In this document: piece by piece, positions 52,105 through 64,000 of the stretch
Layout: each line of letters begins with the position of its first letter
Numbering within the stretch: position 1 is the first letter of the stretch
NCBI GenBank assembly: GCA_001179505.1
Contig: CDMY01000204.1
Location: 103,761 to 167,760, forward strand
DNA length: 64,000 nt
Source: Vitrella brassicaformis CCMP3155
Lineage: Eukaryota; Protista; Chromerida
Reading direction: 5' to 3'
The notes under the pieces: model-generated
Seen by the model: only the letters and a program-made list of their open reading frames with translations
Told to the model about the DNA's origin: nothing
Databases searched by the model: none
Made by a program: the position numbers and the translations under genes

Positions 52105-52682
52105 CTACTTATACATATTCGCAAATTGCTTGTCAATCACTTCGTCCTCCTCCACGATCTCGATATGCACGTCATCTGAGAGTGGCGTGGCTTGACACGC
52201 CAGAGTGTAGCCCGCCTCGGTGACCTCATCGTCTAGCGTCCCCATCCCGTGATCCACACTCCCGGAAACCACCTTGGCCGTGCACTGGAGGCAGGTGCCC
52301 AGCCGGCAGTCATGTGGAAGCTCCAAACCCGCCTCCTGCAGTACAAACAAGTCAGCACAAGACGCCTGTATTGGAAGGGACAGTAATGGACATTGTGATT
52401 CAGTACCTCAGCAGCCTCGAGGATACTATCGCCAGGATTCACCGTCACATCATACGTATCGCCATTGATACTGACCTTGACGATGCGAGAACTCATCAGC
52501 TGTGTTGATGGCCGATGCCTGCGTGCTGCAACTGATAGTGCATCGCCTCTCAGCCGCCTCAGGTAGAGATGGGCCGAAGACGGACATAGAAAACACAGAG
52601 ACTCACCAAGGGATTCCACCAAGGCCACGGTAGAGATGAGGATCAAGAGAAGTAGAAGTGGGATCCCTGCACAAAGGTACAT
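52105..52682 (-). CDS. petF: Plant-type [2Fe-2S] ferredoxin with bipartite plastid-targeting leader
   Basis: Signal peptide MYLCAGIPLLLLLILISTVALVES, an Arg-rich transit-like stretch, then SILEAAE|EAGLELPHDCRLGTCLQCTAKVVSGSVD...LACQATPLSD (Cx4Cx2C...C). Confidence 0.9.
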
Positions 52683-52854
52683 GACATGACAGACAAACGT
52701 CTATGTCCTCTCGCACATACTGTAAAGCCGCTGCATGAGGGGATGCGGAAGTACGCAGGCGACCCGAAGCTGATCCAATGTGGACTCGAGATCACGCTCT
52801 GCTAGAGGCAGGGGAACCGCTGTCCATTTGCGAGCTTAGCGTGAGTAAGTTCCC

Positions 52855-54733
52855 ATGGAGGCAGAAAGGTCGCCGGTTGGTCAGCTTTCAGCTGAGGCTG
52901 CCCGTGTCCCCGAGGCTGCCGAGCTCATCAGCCAGATCAGAGGATACTATGACAGCAAGTGAGCAGGCAGGAGAGGAAAGCAGCACAACACGCACTTGTG
53001 CCGTGCTTTTGCTTTGAAGATACTGGCATCAGCTGACGGATGCATTGTTCGAGTACCTGCAAATGCCTCAAGTGGCCGGCGATGCTGCTGCACTGCTCGA
53101 GTTCCACCACAACTTCGTCAGGAGCGTCGAGAAACGCATCAACCCGTTGCGTATGGTCCAGCTGCTGAAGATTGTCTGCGCCAACCAAGGTGAGCATCGG
53201 ACGCGACTGCGAACATCGCTAATTCGTGTATGCATTGTGTGGCACAAAAGATGCGGACAGGGCGCTGGCAATTCTCGAACCTTACGAAGAGGTCCTGAAG
53301 AACCAACCCGAATCCAACGCTGCACAAATGCTGTGGAGCTGCCTGAAGGTGACATCAGACACAGGGGCCAAGCCGACTCACGAGTGGCAGTTGGCCCCAA
53401 TGTGTACACCACTTGTGTACAGGTTCATCACATGGTTGCGAAGGGCGAGTACATGGAATGCCGGGATCGCCTGGAGGTGCTTCAGCAGCAGCTGGAGGAC
53501 ACGCACGGTGTAGATGTTGCTGTTTCAGCCGCATACCACGGGGCATGGGCCGATCTGCACAAAGTTAGCATGACATCTGAGTACTGTGCAGACGCTTGAG
53601 TGCATGCATCTGTCGCGCCTTCCTCTTCAGGCTATGGGACGGCCCGAGTTGTATTATGCGAGCTGTCTCCTCTGGCTTGCGTACACTCCTATCCGTACAC
53701 GCCCACACATAGAATCTCACTGATCTTGAGTGAGTGCGTGCTTTTCCCTCAGAGAACATCCCCGAAGGAGACCGTCCAAAGATCGCATGTGACATATCGG
53801 TGAGGATGAGTCATTTGCAGATCCTGACCATCTCTCACTACCTGACCTTTTCTGACCTATTCTCAGATTGCGGCACTCCAGGCCTCTGACATGTTCAACT
53901 TCGGCGAGCTGGTGGCACAGTTGGCCAACACTTCGCAACCACGTCCCAGCAGAATGTTTGGGTATTCGATATACTGTCTTTTACCTGCTCAGGTCAATCA
54001 ACCTCTCGTGCAGTCACTTAAGGGCACACCGGAGTACTCGTGGGTGTCTGACATGCTCGCGGCTTTCAACGAAGGACAGCTCGACCTCTACGACAAGGCG
54101 GTGCAGCAGCACGCGTCGACAATCCAGAACTCCGAGCTCAAGGACGTCCTGAACACGACCATGCGACAAAAAATCACACTGCTTGGTACTCACTACGAAA
54201 CAGATGGTCGTCACGGCATCTGCTCGGCTGTGGGACCTGTCAGCCCTCATGGAGCTTGCATTCCGTAAGCCGAAGCTGCAACGCAAGCTCGATTTCGGTG
54301 AAATCGCTGCGCACTGCCGCGTACCCGTCAACGAGGTCCGTACCACGCCCCTGCTTGAGCACCCGTCAGAGTGGTAGTTACCCATGACTGTCTCCGTGTA
54401 GGTAGAGTTCCTTGTAATGAAGGCCATGGCCAACAACCTCATGCGGGGCGCCATCGACGAGGTGAGTGAGGGATAAACTATGGGCGAAATCCTTCACAGT
54501 AAGACGTGTCTCCTTCAGGTCGACAAGGTTGTGCGCGTGACCTGGGTTCGCCCTCGCATTCTCGATAAGGCCAGGTGATGATCCCCGGGCAGCAAAGCAG
54601 ATGACATTGAATGTGGCCTGGCTGCTCCTTTAGGTTGGCGCTGATGCGGGAGCGCATTTCGTCGTGGGCTCAATCTGCCAGGGGTCTCCTCATCAACTTA
54701 GAGGAAGTGACGCCTGAGCTTCTCGTATCATAG
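52855..54733 (+). CDS. PSMD13: 26S proteasome lid subunit Rpn9/PSMD13
   Basis: YDSK|YWHQLTDAL, INPLRMVQL, FNFGELV, WVSDMLAAFNEG, RQKITLL|ALMEL, VEFLVMKAM...GAIDE|VDKVVRVTWVRPRILD (PCI domain). Confidence 0.95.
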
Positions 54734-55222
54734 TATCCACGTGCAGGATCTGTGATGTCGGGGTGTGGACAGACTCTACACACACGATTTATCACATCTC
54801 ATGCAGTATGAACAGAGGAAGTGCATGCATGGAAAGCGCCATACACAATCTGCAGACACGAAACGATATTGATGAAGGCCTACCATCAGAAGGCTTCTTG
54901 AATTCTCACGTATATCACCAGCGGCGTGTCTGACACTGGGGCAGCCACGCCGCTGGTGGGTTTTATAAGGTAAGTAGTGAGAGATACAGGGCGAGCGGGC
55001 AGAGGCGTCTCCTGGGTGACCCTCGTCCTCAAAGTCGCCTGTCACGTCGATGTGAGCAGGAAGGGCAGACATCGGACGGGAAAAAAGGGCGGCCTTTCCC
55101 CTATGCAGCCCGCACTGAGAGTTTTTCGGACTCGCAACGAACGAGGGTTTCTTTGGGTCCCCGTGGGGACAAGGCCGCTTTGTAAGCCGAGACCTCCCTT
55201 TGAAAGTTACCCCGTAACGATC

Positions 55223-56458
55223 ATGGAGAACCTATACGACCGCCTTGGCGTCTCGCGGGACGCCACTGCTACTGAGATCAAGAAGTCTTTCCGACAGCTG
55301 GCGCTGCGGCACCACCCAGACAAGGGTGGTGATGTGGAGCTATTCAAGAACATCAACATTGCATGGGAGGTGCTGGGAGACGATGACAAGCGCAGCGACT
55401 ACGACAAGAAGCTCATACGTCTGCGGTCCATGGACGGGCTGAGGAGCGGCAGACGCGATTACAATGGTGGTGACTCGCAAACCGGCGTGCGGCTTGTGCG
55501 ACGGGCAACGACCTTCGAACATGGAAAGGAAGCGCCTCAGCGGACCGATGCGGGTGCCGCAAAAGACGCCCAGGAACCGAAGCAAGGAGCGAATCTCTTC
55601 ACTCGCCGGGCTTCTGATGCAAACGCCAAGACAGCGTCCACAAACGGAGACGGCACGTCACAGAAGAAGGCCCCGGGCGCTTTCGAGATTCCTTCTGACC
55701 CAAGCAGCCTCACCGTGAAGGAACTGAAAGACCTGCTTTCGCACCTGGGCATCATTCACGATGACTGCATTGAGAGAGGGGATTTGCTGGAGAGGCTGCG
55801 GAGCAGGAGGGATTTCGCCGCATCGAAGCGTCCTGCTGCACCAAAAATGCCGGAGACATCTCCTCAATCCTATTCCTCCAAAGCCGGGCGGCCGCTACGC
55901 ATAAAGGTGATATCATTGGGAGCAGAGGAGACGGGGAAGAGCTGTCTTATCAAGCGCTTCTGCGAGGGACGCTTTGTCAATCGGTACATCTCAACATACG
56001 GCATCGATTACGGCGTCAAAGAGGTGCAGATCGGGTCGCACAACATCAAGATCAACTTTTGGGACCTGTCGGGCCACGACGATTTCTACGACATCCGGAA
56101 CGAGTTCTTCGATCACGTGCAGGGGGTCCTGTTGGTGTTTGATGTGACGAATCGGCAGTCTTTCGAGCGGCTCAACGGATGGCTGCAGGAGGCCAAGAGA
56201 CACAGCCTGCAGCTGTCCAGAGCATCTTCCTCCCGCGGGCCCCCCTTTGTGGTGCTGATCGGCAACAAAGTGGACAGGGGTGGGAGGGTGGTGGCGCAGA
56301 GCGAGGGGGCGGGATTCGCGGCTTCTCATGGGATGGATTACTACGAGACATCGGCCAACACGGGCTACAACGTGCAGGAGGCCCTGATGGCGCTGTTCAA
56401 GAAGGCGGTTGACCAGCTGCTCTCCCAAAGACACAGGTTCGGCATTGCCAATGTGTGA
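55223..56458 (+). CDS. RJL: DnaJ-domain + RJL-family Rab-like GTPase, intronless
   Basis: N-terminal J domain (LYDRLGV...HHPDKGG...AWEVLGD). GTPase IKVISLGAEETGKSCLIKRFCEGRFV...YGIDYGVK, WDLSGHDDFYDIRNEFF, IGNKVD, ETSA. KVIS.G, IDYGV and RNEF are RJL signatures. Confidence 0.92.
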   Translation: MENLYDRLGVSRDATATEIKKSFRQLALRHHPDKGGDVELFKNINIAWEVLGDDDKRSDYDKKLIRLRSMDGLRSGRRDYNGGDSQTGVRLVRRATTFEHGKEAPQRTDAGAAKDAQEPKQGANLFTRRASDANAKTASTNGDGTSQKKAPGAFEIPSDPSSLTVKELKDLLSHLGIIHDDCIERGDLLERLRSRRDFAASKRPAAPKMPETSPQSYSSKAGRPLRIKVISLGAEETGKSCLIKRFCEGRFVNRYISTYGIDYGVKEVQIGSHNIKINFWDLSGHDDFYDIRNEFFDHVQGVLLVFDVTNRQSFERLNGWLQEAKRHSLQLSRASSSRGPPFVVLIGNKVDRGGRVVAQSEGAGFAASHGMDYYETSANTGYNVQEALMALFKKAVDQLLSQRHRFGIANV

Positions 56459-57093
56459 TGCACATCCCATGTGATGCACATCCCGAGGGACTTTTGTCCG
56501 GTGAAAATGATTGACCGATGCATGCATCACTTGATCTGGTGGTGAGCATGTGGTGCATGGTTAACCACTGGACGCTTCTTGTACGTCGAGCCGACGAAAC
56601 ACACAGCACACTTGCTCAGCCCTGCTCTCTGCCTCTTTCGCTGTGAATGTACCCGACTGTGCGTCTCGCGTGTGTTGGAGTGGCCAAAAAAATGAATGAA
56701 TTGTTTTGATCTATGGTGCTTCTCCCGTACGACTTTGTTAATCAACAAATGCAAGATCCCGATCAGCATAGGGTTTCATTCCATCCTACTCCTCCCATTC
56801 ACCTGACACCTGTCTCTGTTCCCAAGCTCCCATAATGGGGTCCCAACTGCAACCTGCGACCATGCAATGCAGACATCATTCTGTAAGACCTACTAGCACG
56901 CACATTCGAGTGCAGACTGCCGATCAGCAGATCAAAGAAAACAGTATAGAGAGGAGCGGGCTGTAAAAAACGGGCGAGAGCAACCTGACTACCCGAATCG
57001 ATCGACGTACATTTCCGACGACAGCACTGTCTCGGCCACAACCTAGTCTTGGCTGACACGATCTGAACTGAGGGAGGCTGACCGACACACAAA

Positions 57094-59540
57094 TCATGGT
57101 AGAAGCACTCTCGCACTCTCTTGCCGGCGCTTCGGATCTGCATTGTCCGTCGGTCCACCTGTAAGGTCCGCACAAACCCGATACACACTCAACACACAGT
57201 GGCGCCGCACCATCGAATGTACCCGCGGATGGGCCATCATTCTGTATCTTGGGGCACCAGGGAGGAAAGATGGTGTCAGACGATCCAATAATGGTCCCCC
57301 GCACATTGAGTGCCTCCACGCGAAAGTAGACACACGAACCTAGAGACACAGGAGTGCACGTGTCGCGTCAGCTTCTCTTAGAACGGTGTCTGCATACCTG
57401 TTGGATTGAATTTTCCGGTAAGCGCGGTACTATGCTCGAACCTGGTCTTGTTGACTACCTCCACAGCGTAGGTCTTCTGGAGACCCCAGCCCCCCAAAAC
57501 ACGCCACTTGGCCACTTTGGTTGCGCCGTTCCAGCTGCAAGTATCCGCAAGGTGAGGGACGTCAGTGTCATGTGCTCGTTCGTTCGCACACATGCACCTG
57601 CATACCTGTAGTGGAGCGTCGCGGGTTCTGCATTTGTGTCGAGTAGGAGGGTCGGCTTTGTCGAGTTGTCGATCCCTTCAAAGGGGAGCCGAGCGGCGCG
57701 GTAGCCCATACCTTTTTTGAACCGCATCCGCAGCAGCTCCTCTCCGTCAGGGGAGATCTCCGAGTAGAAGGGCTGAGCGCCGCCAGGGTCTCCCTCGATC
57801 CCTCCTACATGTCACAATGAATTGACCACATATGCATGCCATTCAAAGATGTGGACAGAGCACAAAATCCATGGTAGCTGTCGCTCACCCCAGCTGACAC
57901 CATGGTTGCCATTCGCAAGACGCTGCGCAGGGAGAACGACAAGAACGGAATACGCAAACAGCTGGTCGGAGGCGCTGGTGTTTACCTGATGACTTCCCAT
58001 GGCCGCACCCCAGATCCCTGATCAGTTACACACACGAGCAGCCGTGTACTTAGTGTCATCTGTCTCCTTTTGCTCCGTGTGAGAGCGGACGCCATTGGGG
58101 CTAGCCTACCCGGCGAGTACTGCCAGACGAGGGTGGCAATCTTCTTGTCTTCGTCCAGCCTATACTCCACGGCTCTTGATCTCGGGGGGTCACGCTCATT
58201 CCCATTGTCATATAGCGTCAGGTGGCCGTCTGGGTGCAGTACCGCATCGTGTTGGAAGCTGAAGCCGTTGAAAGGGTCGTTGACAAACCGGAACTGGTTG
58301 GCTTTGCCGCCCATCTTCCAGATGACGTATCCAGTCTCACGGTCGATCTTGATGACCTGAGACAGGTACCGCAGGCTGAGCAGCACGTGTCCGTCGGGCG
58401 TCCATGCCACTGCGTTGGCGTGCAGGTGGTCAAGTCTCGAAGAGTCGAACTTGAACCGATAGTCGTCAGCTGTTAAGGTCTCCTCAAATTGATTCGGGAG
58501 ATGGTGCTGCGAGACATTCAGAGACGTGGCACCGCAAACATGCCAATCAGATAGAAGATTTCCTTGTTTGCGCACATACCCATGAGGACCACTGCCAGAC
58601 GAGGCGATTGTCGGCGTCGAGCTCTTGCACGACGCATCCAATGGCGACTCCACTTGCATTCCCCGGCAAGGAAGAGATGTTCTGTTTGCTCAGGTCCCTC
58701 AAGTCTTTCGCTATCAGCAGCACGTGGCCATCCTCGCGGATTTTCATGTCGTGATGGTCGGGGTCGTAGCCATTTGCTGGCACGATGGTGCGCACACGCT
58801 TGAAGGAGTTATTTAGCACGTGCCACCTGCAGGAGAGATGAGCCTAATGTGAGGTGAGTCCATGATAACAATCAGTGGAATGCTCTTCGTTCACCCACGG
58901 TCCTCCGGTATCATCTCGATGTAGGACAGCTGATTGTTGCCTTGCAGCTTGAAGTCCCGCAATTGGAAGCGCGGGCCCGTGGTGCCGCCGGTGGTCCACG
59001 GGAAGCGATGATACCACACCGGCCCTCCTGCCCTCCAAGGAGTGAAACACAGTCAGAAGCAGTCTAGTACAATCAGAAGCAACGCTGGGAGTGTCGAGGA
59101 TTTTCACCTGTGTTGTCCAAGATTAGCAGGTACTGATGGGTAGTGATGTTGCCGGATCGCATGTGATCCGTAAAAATATACCCCTCGGCCAGTCTGGGGC
59201 TCGCAGATGGCTTCTTGACAATCTGTACTTCAGGATAGTCGTCAGGTAACGTCAGAAATCCAAAAGCGCCGGGCCTCTTCGCGATAAAGCGGCCACCGTC
59301 CCACAGAAAAACGAAGGGCTCTCGTTCGGACGGAGCCTCCTTAACGAGGACTAGTGGACGGCCATCAGTCAGCACGTCCGGGTGGCCTGTGAGAGAATTT
59401 TTTACACTTTGCGTGGTCGGCGAGTCGCGGGACGACGAGGTCGACGGATGGGCACTGTCAAAAGGGCCAAGTCCCGACGCGCAAGTGGCGACGGCAAACC
59501 CGGCGCACAGGACGACGACGAGGAGGAGATCTGCAGACAT
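57094..59540 (-). CDS. Secreted arylsulfotransferase (ASST-like) protein, paralog 2; 3' end approximate
   Basis: Signal peptide MSADLLLVVVLCAGFAVATCAS. GYIF, LLILDNTG, DHHDMKI, VVQELD...LVWQWSSW, DHLHANAV, LLSLRYLSQVIKIDRETGYVIWKMGG, FSFQHDA, LTLYDNG, SRAVEY, QRLANGN, YRAARLPFEG, SWNGATKVAKWRV, KTRFEH. Confidence 0.9.
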
Positions 59541-59732
59541 GATGAAGAAGGAAGGTTTGACCAGGAGCTGCTCGTCCGTTATTTCGTCCGTTGTCCAACG
59601 CCCGTAAATTCTAAAAGGGGTCGTTCGCTGTAAGTAATTGGACTTGTGTAATGACTTGGACTTTTCCTGTCACAGAACACGCACACAAAGAAAGGCAGTG
59701 GGATACCACGGAAAATGTCATGTATGCAAGGC

Positions 59733-59994
59733 CAATCACCCAAGTCACGGGTGACTTAGGTGATTCGGCTTTCGTACTTTTGAGTTTTCGAATCACCCAA
59801 TCCAGATGAAGCACCCCCTCTGTCGAAATCCTTAGTCACGGGTGACTAAGGATGGTGTCTCAGACTGGTGATGCTGGCTGAGGGCAAGAAGAAGCACCCC
59901 CTCTGTCGAAATGCTTAGTCGCGGGTGACTAAGGATGAGAGTATAAGTGGGCTGGCAGCATGAAGAACCACCCCCTCTGTCGAAATCCTTAGTC
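59733..59994. repeat. Cluster of hairpin-containing repeats: 47-nt unit x2 plus truncated third, and a related upstream hairpin
   Basis: GAAGCACCCCCTCTGTCGAAATCCTTAGTCACGGGTGACTAAGGATG at 59808-59854 and 59891-59937 (2 mismatches), partial at 59965-59994. The first copy has a perfect 12-bp inverted repeat. Related hairpin AATCACC-C-AAGTCACGGGTGACTT-A-GGTGATT at about 59733-59765. Confidence 0.9.
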
Positions 59995-60555
59995 CAGCCG
60001 ATTACAAACACCCACCCTTCCCATCGGCTGGCCGCAAACAAAGCACCCCATCAGACGGCAGGCGAACGAAAGACGGACCTGACAGACAGACAATCACACA
60101 GTCGCATTTAAGCGCTGAATTACCTGTCTGTGTGTGTGCAGCGGCGGAGTCCTTCCGGAAAAGTCCAAGTCGTTACACAAGTCCAATTGGGCGTACAGCG
60201 AACTGGGTGCATTCCCTAGATTATTCCGTCACCACCGACCGATCACATTGTGCGGTCTCCGCCTCCGGGTCGTCACACGTACAATCAACGGGAAGATGAA
60301 CGAGCACGATGAAGTCAATAGAAAGACCCTTGCGCTGTGCTGGTAAACAGAGGGACGCCGTCCCCACCAATTGGAACACAACGATAAAGTCTTGTGCAGT
60401 TTTCGTAGACTGGTTCAAGAGACTTATCGTTCGCTTCATTGGTTCCTCCTTCAACCAGTCTCTGAGTGAAAGACCTAGTAGGAAGTCTTTGTTCTTTCTT
60501 GGCGTACAAAAATGCTCTACATCGTAGATGCAATCCTTTGAAATCCGTCGTGACG

Positions 60556-62700
60556 CTACGCAGCTACTGCGACAGCCTCTTGCATCTGTCTCTTTCTCGC
60601 CGCCACTGCTTTCTTCTGCAGCGCCCTCGGTAGTCTCCCCCTGTACACGTATCTGCGAGGGATGGAGTTCTTGCTTGGGTCCTCGGAATCTGGGTCGTAC
60701 CTGTATTTAGCCGCCAACAGACATCCAGCACCAGTGCATGTGCACGTGGAATCTGTGGGTGTCTTACTCTCCGACGACTTTGTCCATGGTCCTGGGCTGC
60801 AGGAGGAGACACTTGCCTCCATTCGCGATGATTGCGCGGGCGGCACTCTTCGAGTACGAATGGGCCTAATCACATAGCAATCAGAACCGTCATCAGAATC
60901 CCATCATGTGCGTCGAAAGCATGACTGACGTATCGTCGTACCTTGACGGTGAGGTCCTTGGTGGTCAACTGTGTCGATCCTCTGTTCCGATAGATGGAAA
61001 TGGACGGCCCGACCACCTTGACAGGATGCAGCCGGCGATGCTTGCCTAGCTTGGCGCCATAGTACTCAAGCGCTGCCCAGTCAACCTACACCGGACAGGT
61101 AAAACCGCCAGTGAGAAATGTGACTCATCCGTGCGTGCGTTTGTCCTACGTCTGCTCCGTCTGGTGCGACATTGAGCTCATTCAAGGGAATTAGCTCGTA
61201 CTCGAAACGGTTATACCTGCCCAGAGTAGAACGCCACACTCAAGTACATACGAATCTCTTTCCGTCCATGCACCCACCCACTCACCTATGGCCTGTGCCC
61301 AGCGGTCTGCCAACGAATTTCGGCAGTCTTCTGTAGAGAGGTATCTGGCCTCCCTCGAAGCCGGGCCGGATGCTCCCGCCACTCCTTGCCTTCTGTCCTC
61401 GCATGCCCTTCCCAGAGCTCCCACCCAAACCTGTATACACATGAACAGACAGACAGGAGACATACAGGCAAACACAGACACACGCATGGTGTGATACGCT
61501 CGCTGTTCCCTGTATATGTGCATTTACCTGATCCGTATCCTCTGCCCAGTCGTTTCTTTTTCCTCAAGCCAGTGTCCTTCGGCAGGTTGTCGAGACGCAA
61601 GGGTGGCTCTTCGCCTGCGAGCTCCATTTTGCCGAGATAATCCATCTCATCGAGCTGCGCAGTCACGACAACAGGTAAGTTGGCTGATGCACCTGCGTAT
61701 TCACTCATCTCTTTGCCGCCTAGATCCGCGCTGACCTGCTTTACTGAGCCTGATTCCTCCATCCACTTGTTCTCAAGCTGCCGTGCCTCCTCGCCTGTTG
61801 CCAATGTTATGGCGTTGGGCCAGTCAGAAGCGGTGAAGTCCCAGAAGATATGGCGCTGCTCCCATTCACAGCCAGCGGCCTTGAGTTTGGCCGTGTACTC
61901 GTTGTCGAGGGCATCCCGTGCCGCCATCGCCTTCTCCTGTAGTGGTCCGAGGGCCTCCACCTTGTCGTCCCTGGTGCGAGATGTGTCGTTCAAGATCGAC
62001 TCCATTTGGTCCACATAGGGCTCCACTTCCTCCGAATACCTGCACTCCCCCAAGCAGAGTCAATCGACTCCGGTGAGGTCGGTTCGCTTCTGGGCCTGTG
62101 TGTCTATCTCCAGCCTGATGTCGTGCATACCTTTGTTCCCATTCCTCAAAGAGTTCCTCCACCTCCTTTGATGGTTTGGGCGCGTCGGCATCTGGGTCTT
62201 CCCCCGCCAGAATTTTCTCTAGCCGAAGGTTTGTCACGGCAGCATAGTCCCTCGCAGCTTTGTTCTTGTCACCGGCAGACCGCCGCCTCTCCAGCTTCTT
62301 CAAATAGCGCTTCGACTGAAACCACACCTTTCTATCTAGGACACGCACACGGCCATACTTGTCTTTCGGCAGCGGCGTATCAGCAGTTCCGGGCGCAGCT
62401 GGGGAATCAGGATCTGAATGCACGTGGAGGAAGAAAAAGGTGACATCTACGGCTGTGCCAAGCGATCTCCTACCATCAGCATGAAGAATGGTCAGTCCGC
62501 CAGACAAAGGAAGGACATGTTCTGGGGGTGGGAAGCCATGCCTTGCAGAGCGGAAAGGGGTCAGAGATCTGGATTGGATGGCACCCAAGAAGCCTTCAAG
62601 GGCATCAGCAAGCGAGAGGAACCCCACTTCATCACCCTGGGCCAGCAAACGCCACAAATCCAAAACATGAGCAGAAGGACTGACTCCTTGCTTCCTTCTG
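60556..62700 (-). CDS. rplO: Organellar (plastid-type) ribosomal protein uL15 with long N-terminal extension; start unresolved
   Basis: Spliced: [23 protein letters not shown]|[50 protein letters not shown]|VVG, LTVK|[19 protein letters not shown]. Upstream exons encode a long charged/acidic region. Confidence 0.85.
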
Positions 62701-63061
62701 CTTTGCTGGTGCACAGCACCTTCCTGTCGAGCTCATGTGTCCCTCCTGCGTACCGTCGTGTCACTTGCGTCAGGCTCATGCAAGATCTCGGCAACGCTGA
62801 GCACCCCAAAGCCGCACAACCAAGCCACACAAGGATACCACATGGAACACATAGGGACACATAGACTGAAGCCTTCAGCTCGCAAAAGAAGCTCGCACAC
62901 TTGGCCAGGAACTATGGGCCAATCGCACGTTCGTTGACGGACACCGAAGTCCCGGCCCTTGAGGGCAGATGCTGTGTCCATAAAAGCGGTCCCACGAATT
63001 TAGAAGCATAGAGTGTTTGGAAACGCACTGCTGCCACTGCGTTGACCGTATTCTGATGACC

Positions 63062-64000
63062 GATGACTGTGCTCCTTTTGCATAAGATGTACGTCACGTC
63101 TTTGCCACAGCCGTAGTCAAGTTTGGTCCAACACAACATGCCGATGCACACAACAAACACTCAGTAGGTAGAGTCACTCATTCGAAAAACAACCCAGCCG
63201 TACGGAGCATCAATTTCAGTCACTGATGGGCACGGTGTGCGTCTATTCGTCAATAGAAAATGCACCCGAGCATATCATAAATACCCTCACACCATTGCCG
63301 TACACATACATGCATTCTCCCGAGGGACAAACAGACAAGTGCAAGCCAGCCACCCCTGCGGTCGCTAATCTACAGCCAGTGCCCGCCTCCGCTCTCTGTC
63401 ACGTCGATGTCGATGGCCACGGGCGGACTCGACGGCACAGAAGGGGGCTGCTGTGGCGTGGGGGGTTGGGACAAGTTGGACAACGGGTTGAACGCACCGG
63501 GTGTTGTTGAGGGCTGGCCTCTCTCCTGGGCCGCGGACCCTCTCTGTCCACTCGGCCCTCCCCGCGTGCCGTCAGAACGCCCCTGGGGCTGCGAAATGCG
63601 GTCGGGACGCCGACGAATCAGGCTCTTCGAGTCGGGGTATGGCGGCAGGATCAAACCAGAGCCCGAGCCAATCGGAGCAGTCGACCGGGGAAACGCAGGC
63701 CCCCGGGGAAACGAGGCCGCGCTAACCGGCATCGGTTGGTGAACGTCGCCCGCCCCCGAGCCCGTCGACGATGCTTCTGGCCCGCGCAACTCCGGCAGGC
63801 GCAGAGATGGAAGAGGGGATGGAACAGGCGATCCGCGCTTCCTCTTGCCCGATGTCCCCCTGCCGCCCCCTACGCCAAATCCGCCCTCCCCATCTCCCAT
63901 CGCGACAGATACGCCCGCTGCGGACTCAGCACCAACTGCGCTCCCGGCGGGCATCGCCGACAGAGAGAAACCCGATGGCTGAACAGCGACATGGGGGATC
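63062..64000 (-). repeat. Repeat family copy 3 (inverted; continues beyond window end)
   Basis: Reverse complement aligns with 34639-35588. Similarity ends at AAAAGGAGCACAGTCATC in both copies. Confidence 0.95.

Noticed and set aside
54977-55222. 82-codon N-terminal extension of the J-RJL ORF from a GTG start
   Set aside because: The J domain starts right after ATG 55223; the upstream part looks like 5' UTR.
59808-59994. CRISPR array call for the hairpin repeat-spacer cluster
   Set aside because: Eukaryotic intron-rich context, no cas genes, only 2.6 repeats, and the two spacers share GCTGGC...GCA(A/T)GAA, which suggests degenerate tandem duplication.

Overview
Intron-rich, GC-rich eukaryotic nuclear DNA with five 300-N scaffold gaps. 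An N-terminally J-domain-fused RJL GTPase, bipartite plastid-targeting leaders and short GT-AG introns suggest a photosynthetic alveolate, probably a chromerid such as Vitrella (inference, no database search). Housekeeping genes: Sec23, PUS1/TruA, RBM22, Rpn9/PSMD13, plastid ferredoxin, plastid-type uL15, J-RJL. They sit among many predicted secreted proteins: two head-to-head C-type lectins, a GH97 glycosidase, two arylsulfotransferase (ASST)-like proteins, a multi-TSP1 protein and a ZP-module-like protein with a furin-type site. Three more genes carry a peptidase S74 / intramolecular-chaperone (ICA) domain: a tandem pair of small secreted proteins, and a ~10 kb gene for a secreted 12-residue-repeat fibre-like protein built from phase-0 exon modules. 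Repetitive DNA includes a CRE-like non-LTR retrotransposon remnant, a >=2.3 kb repeat in three copies, a GGAAAGCTGG array and a hairpin repeat cluster. Exon boundaries were read by eye, and several gene ends are approximate.
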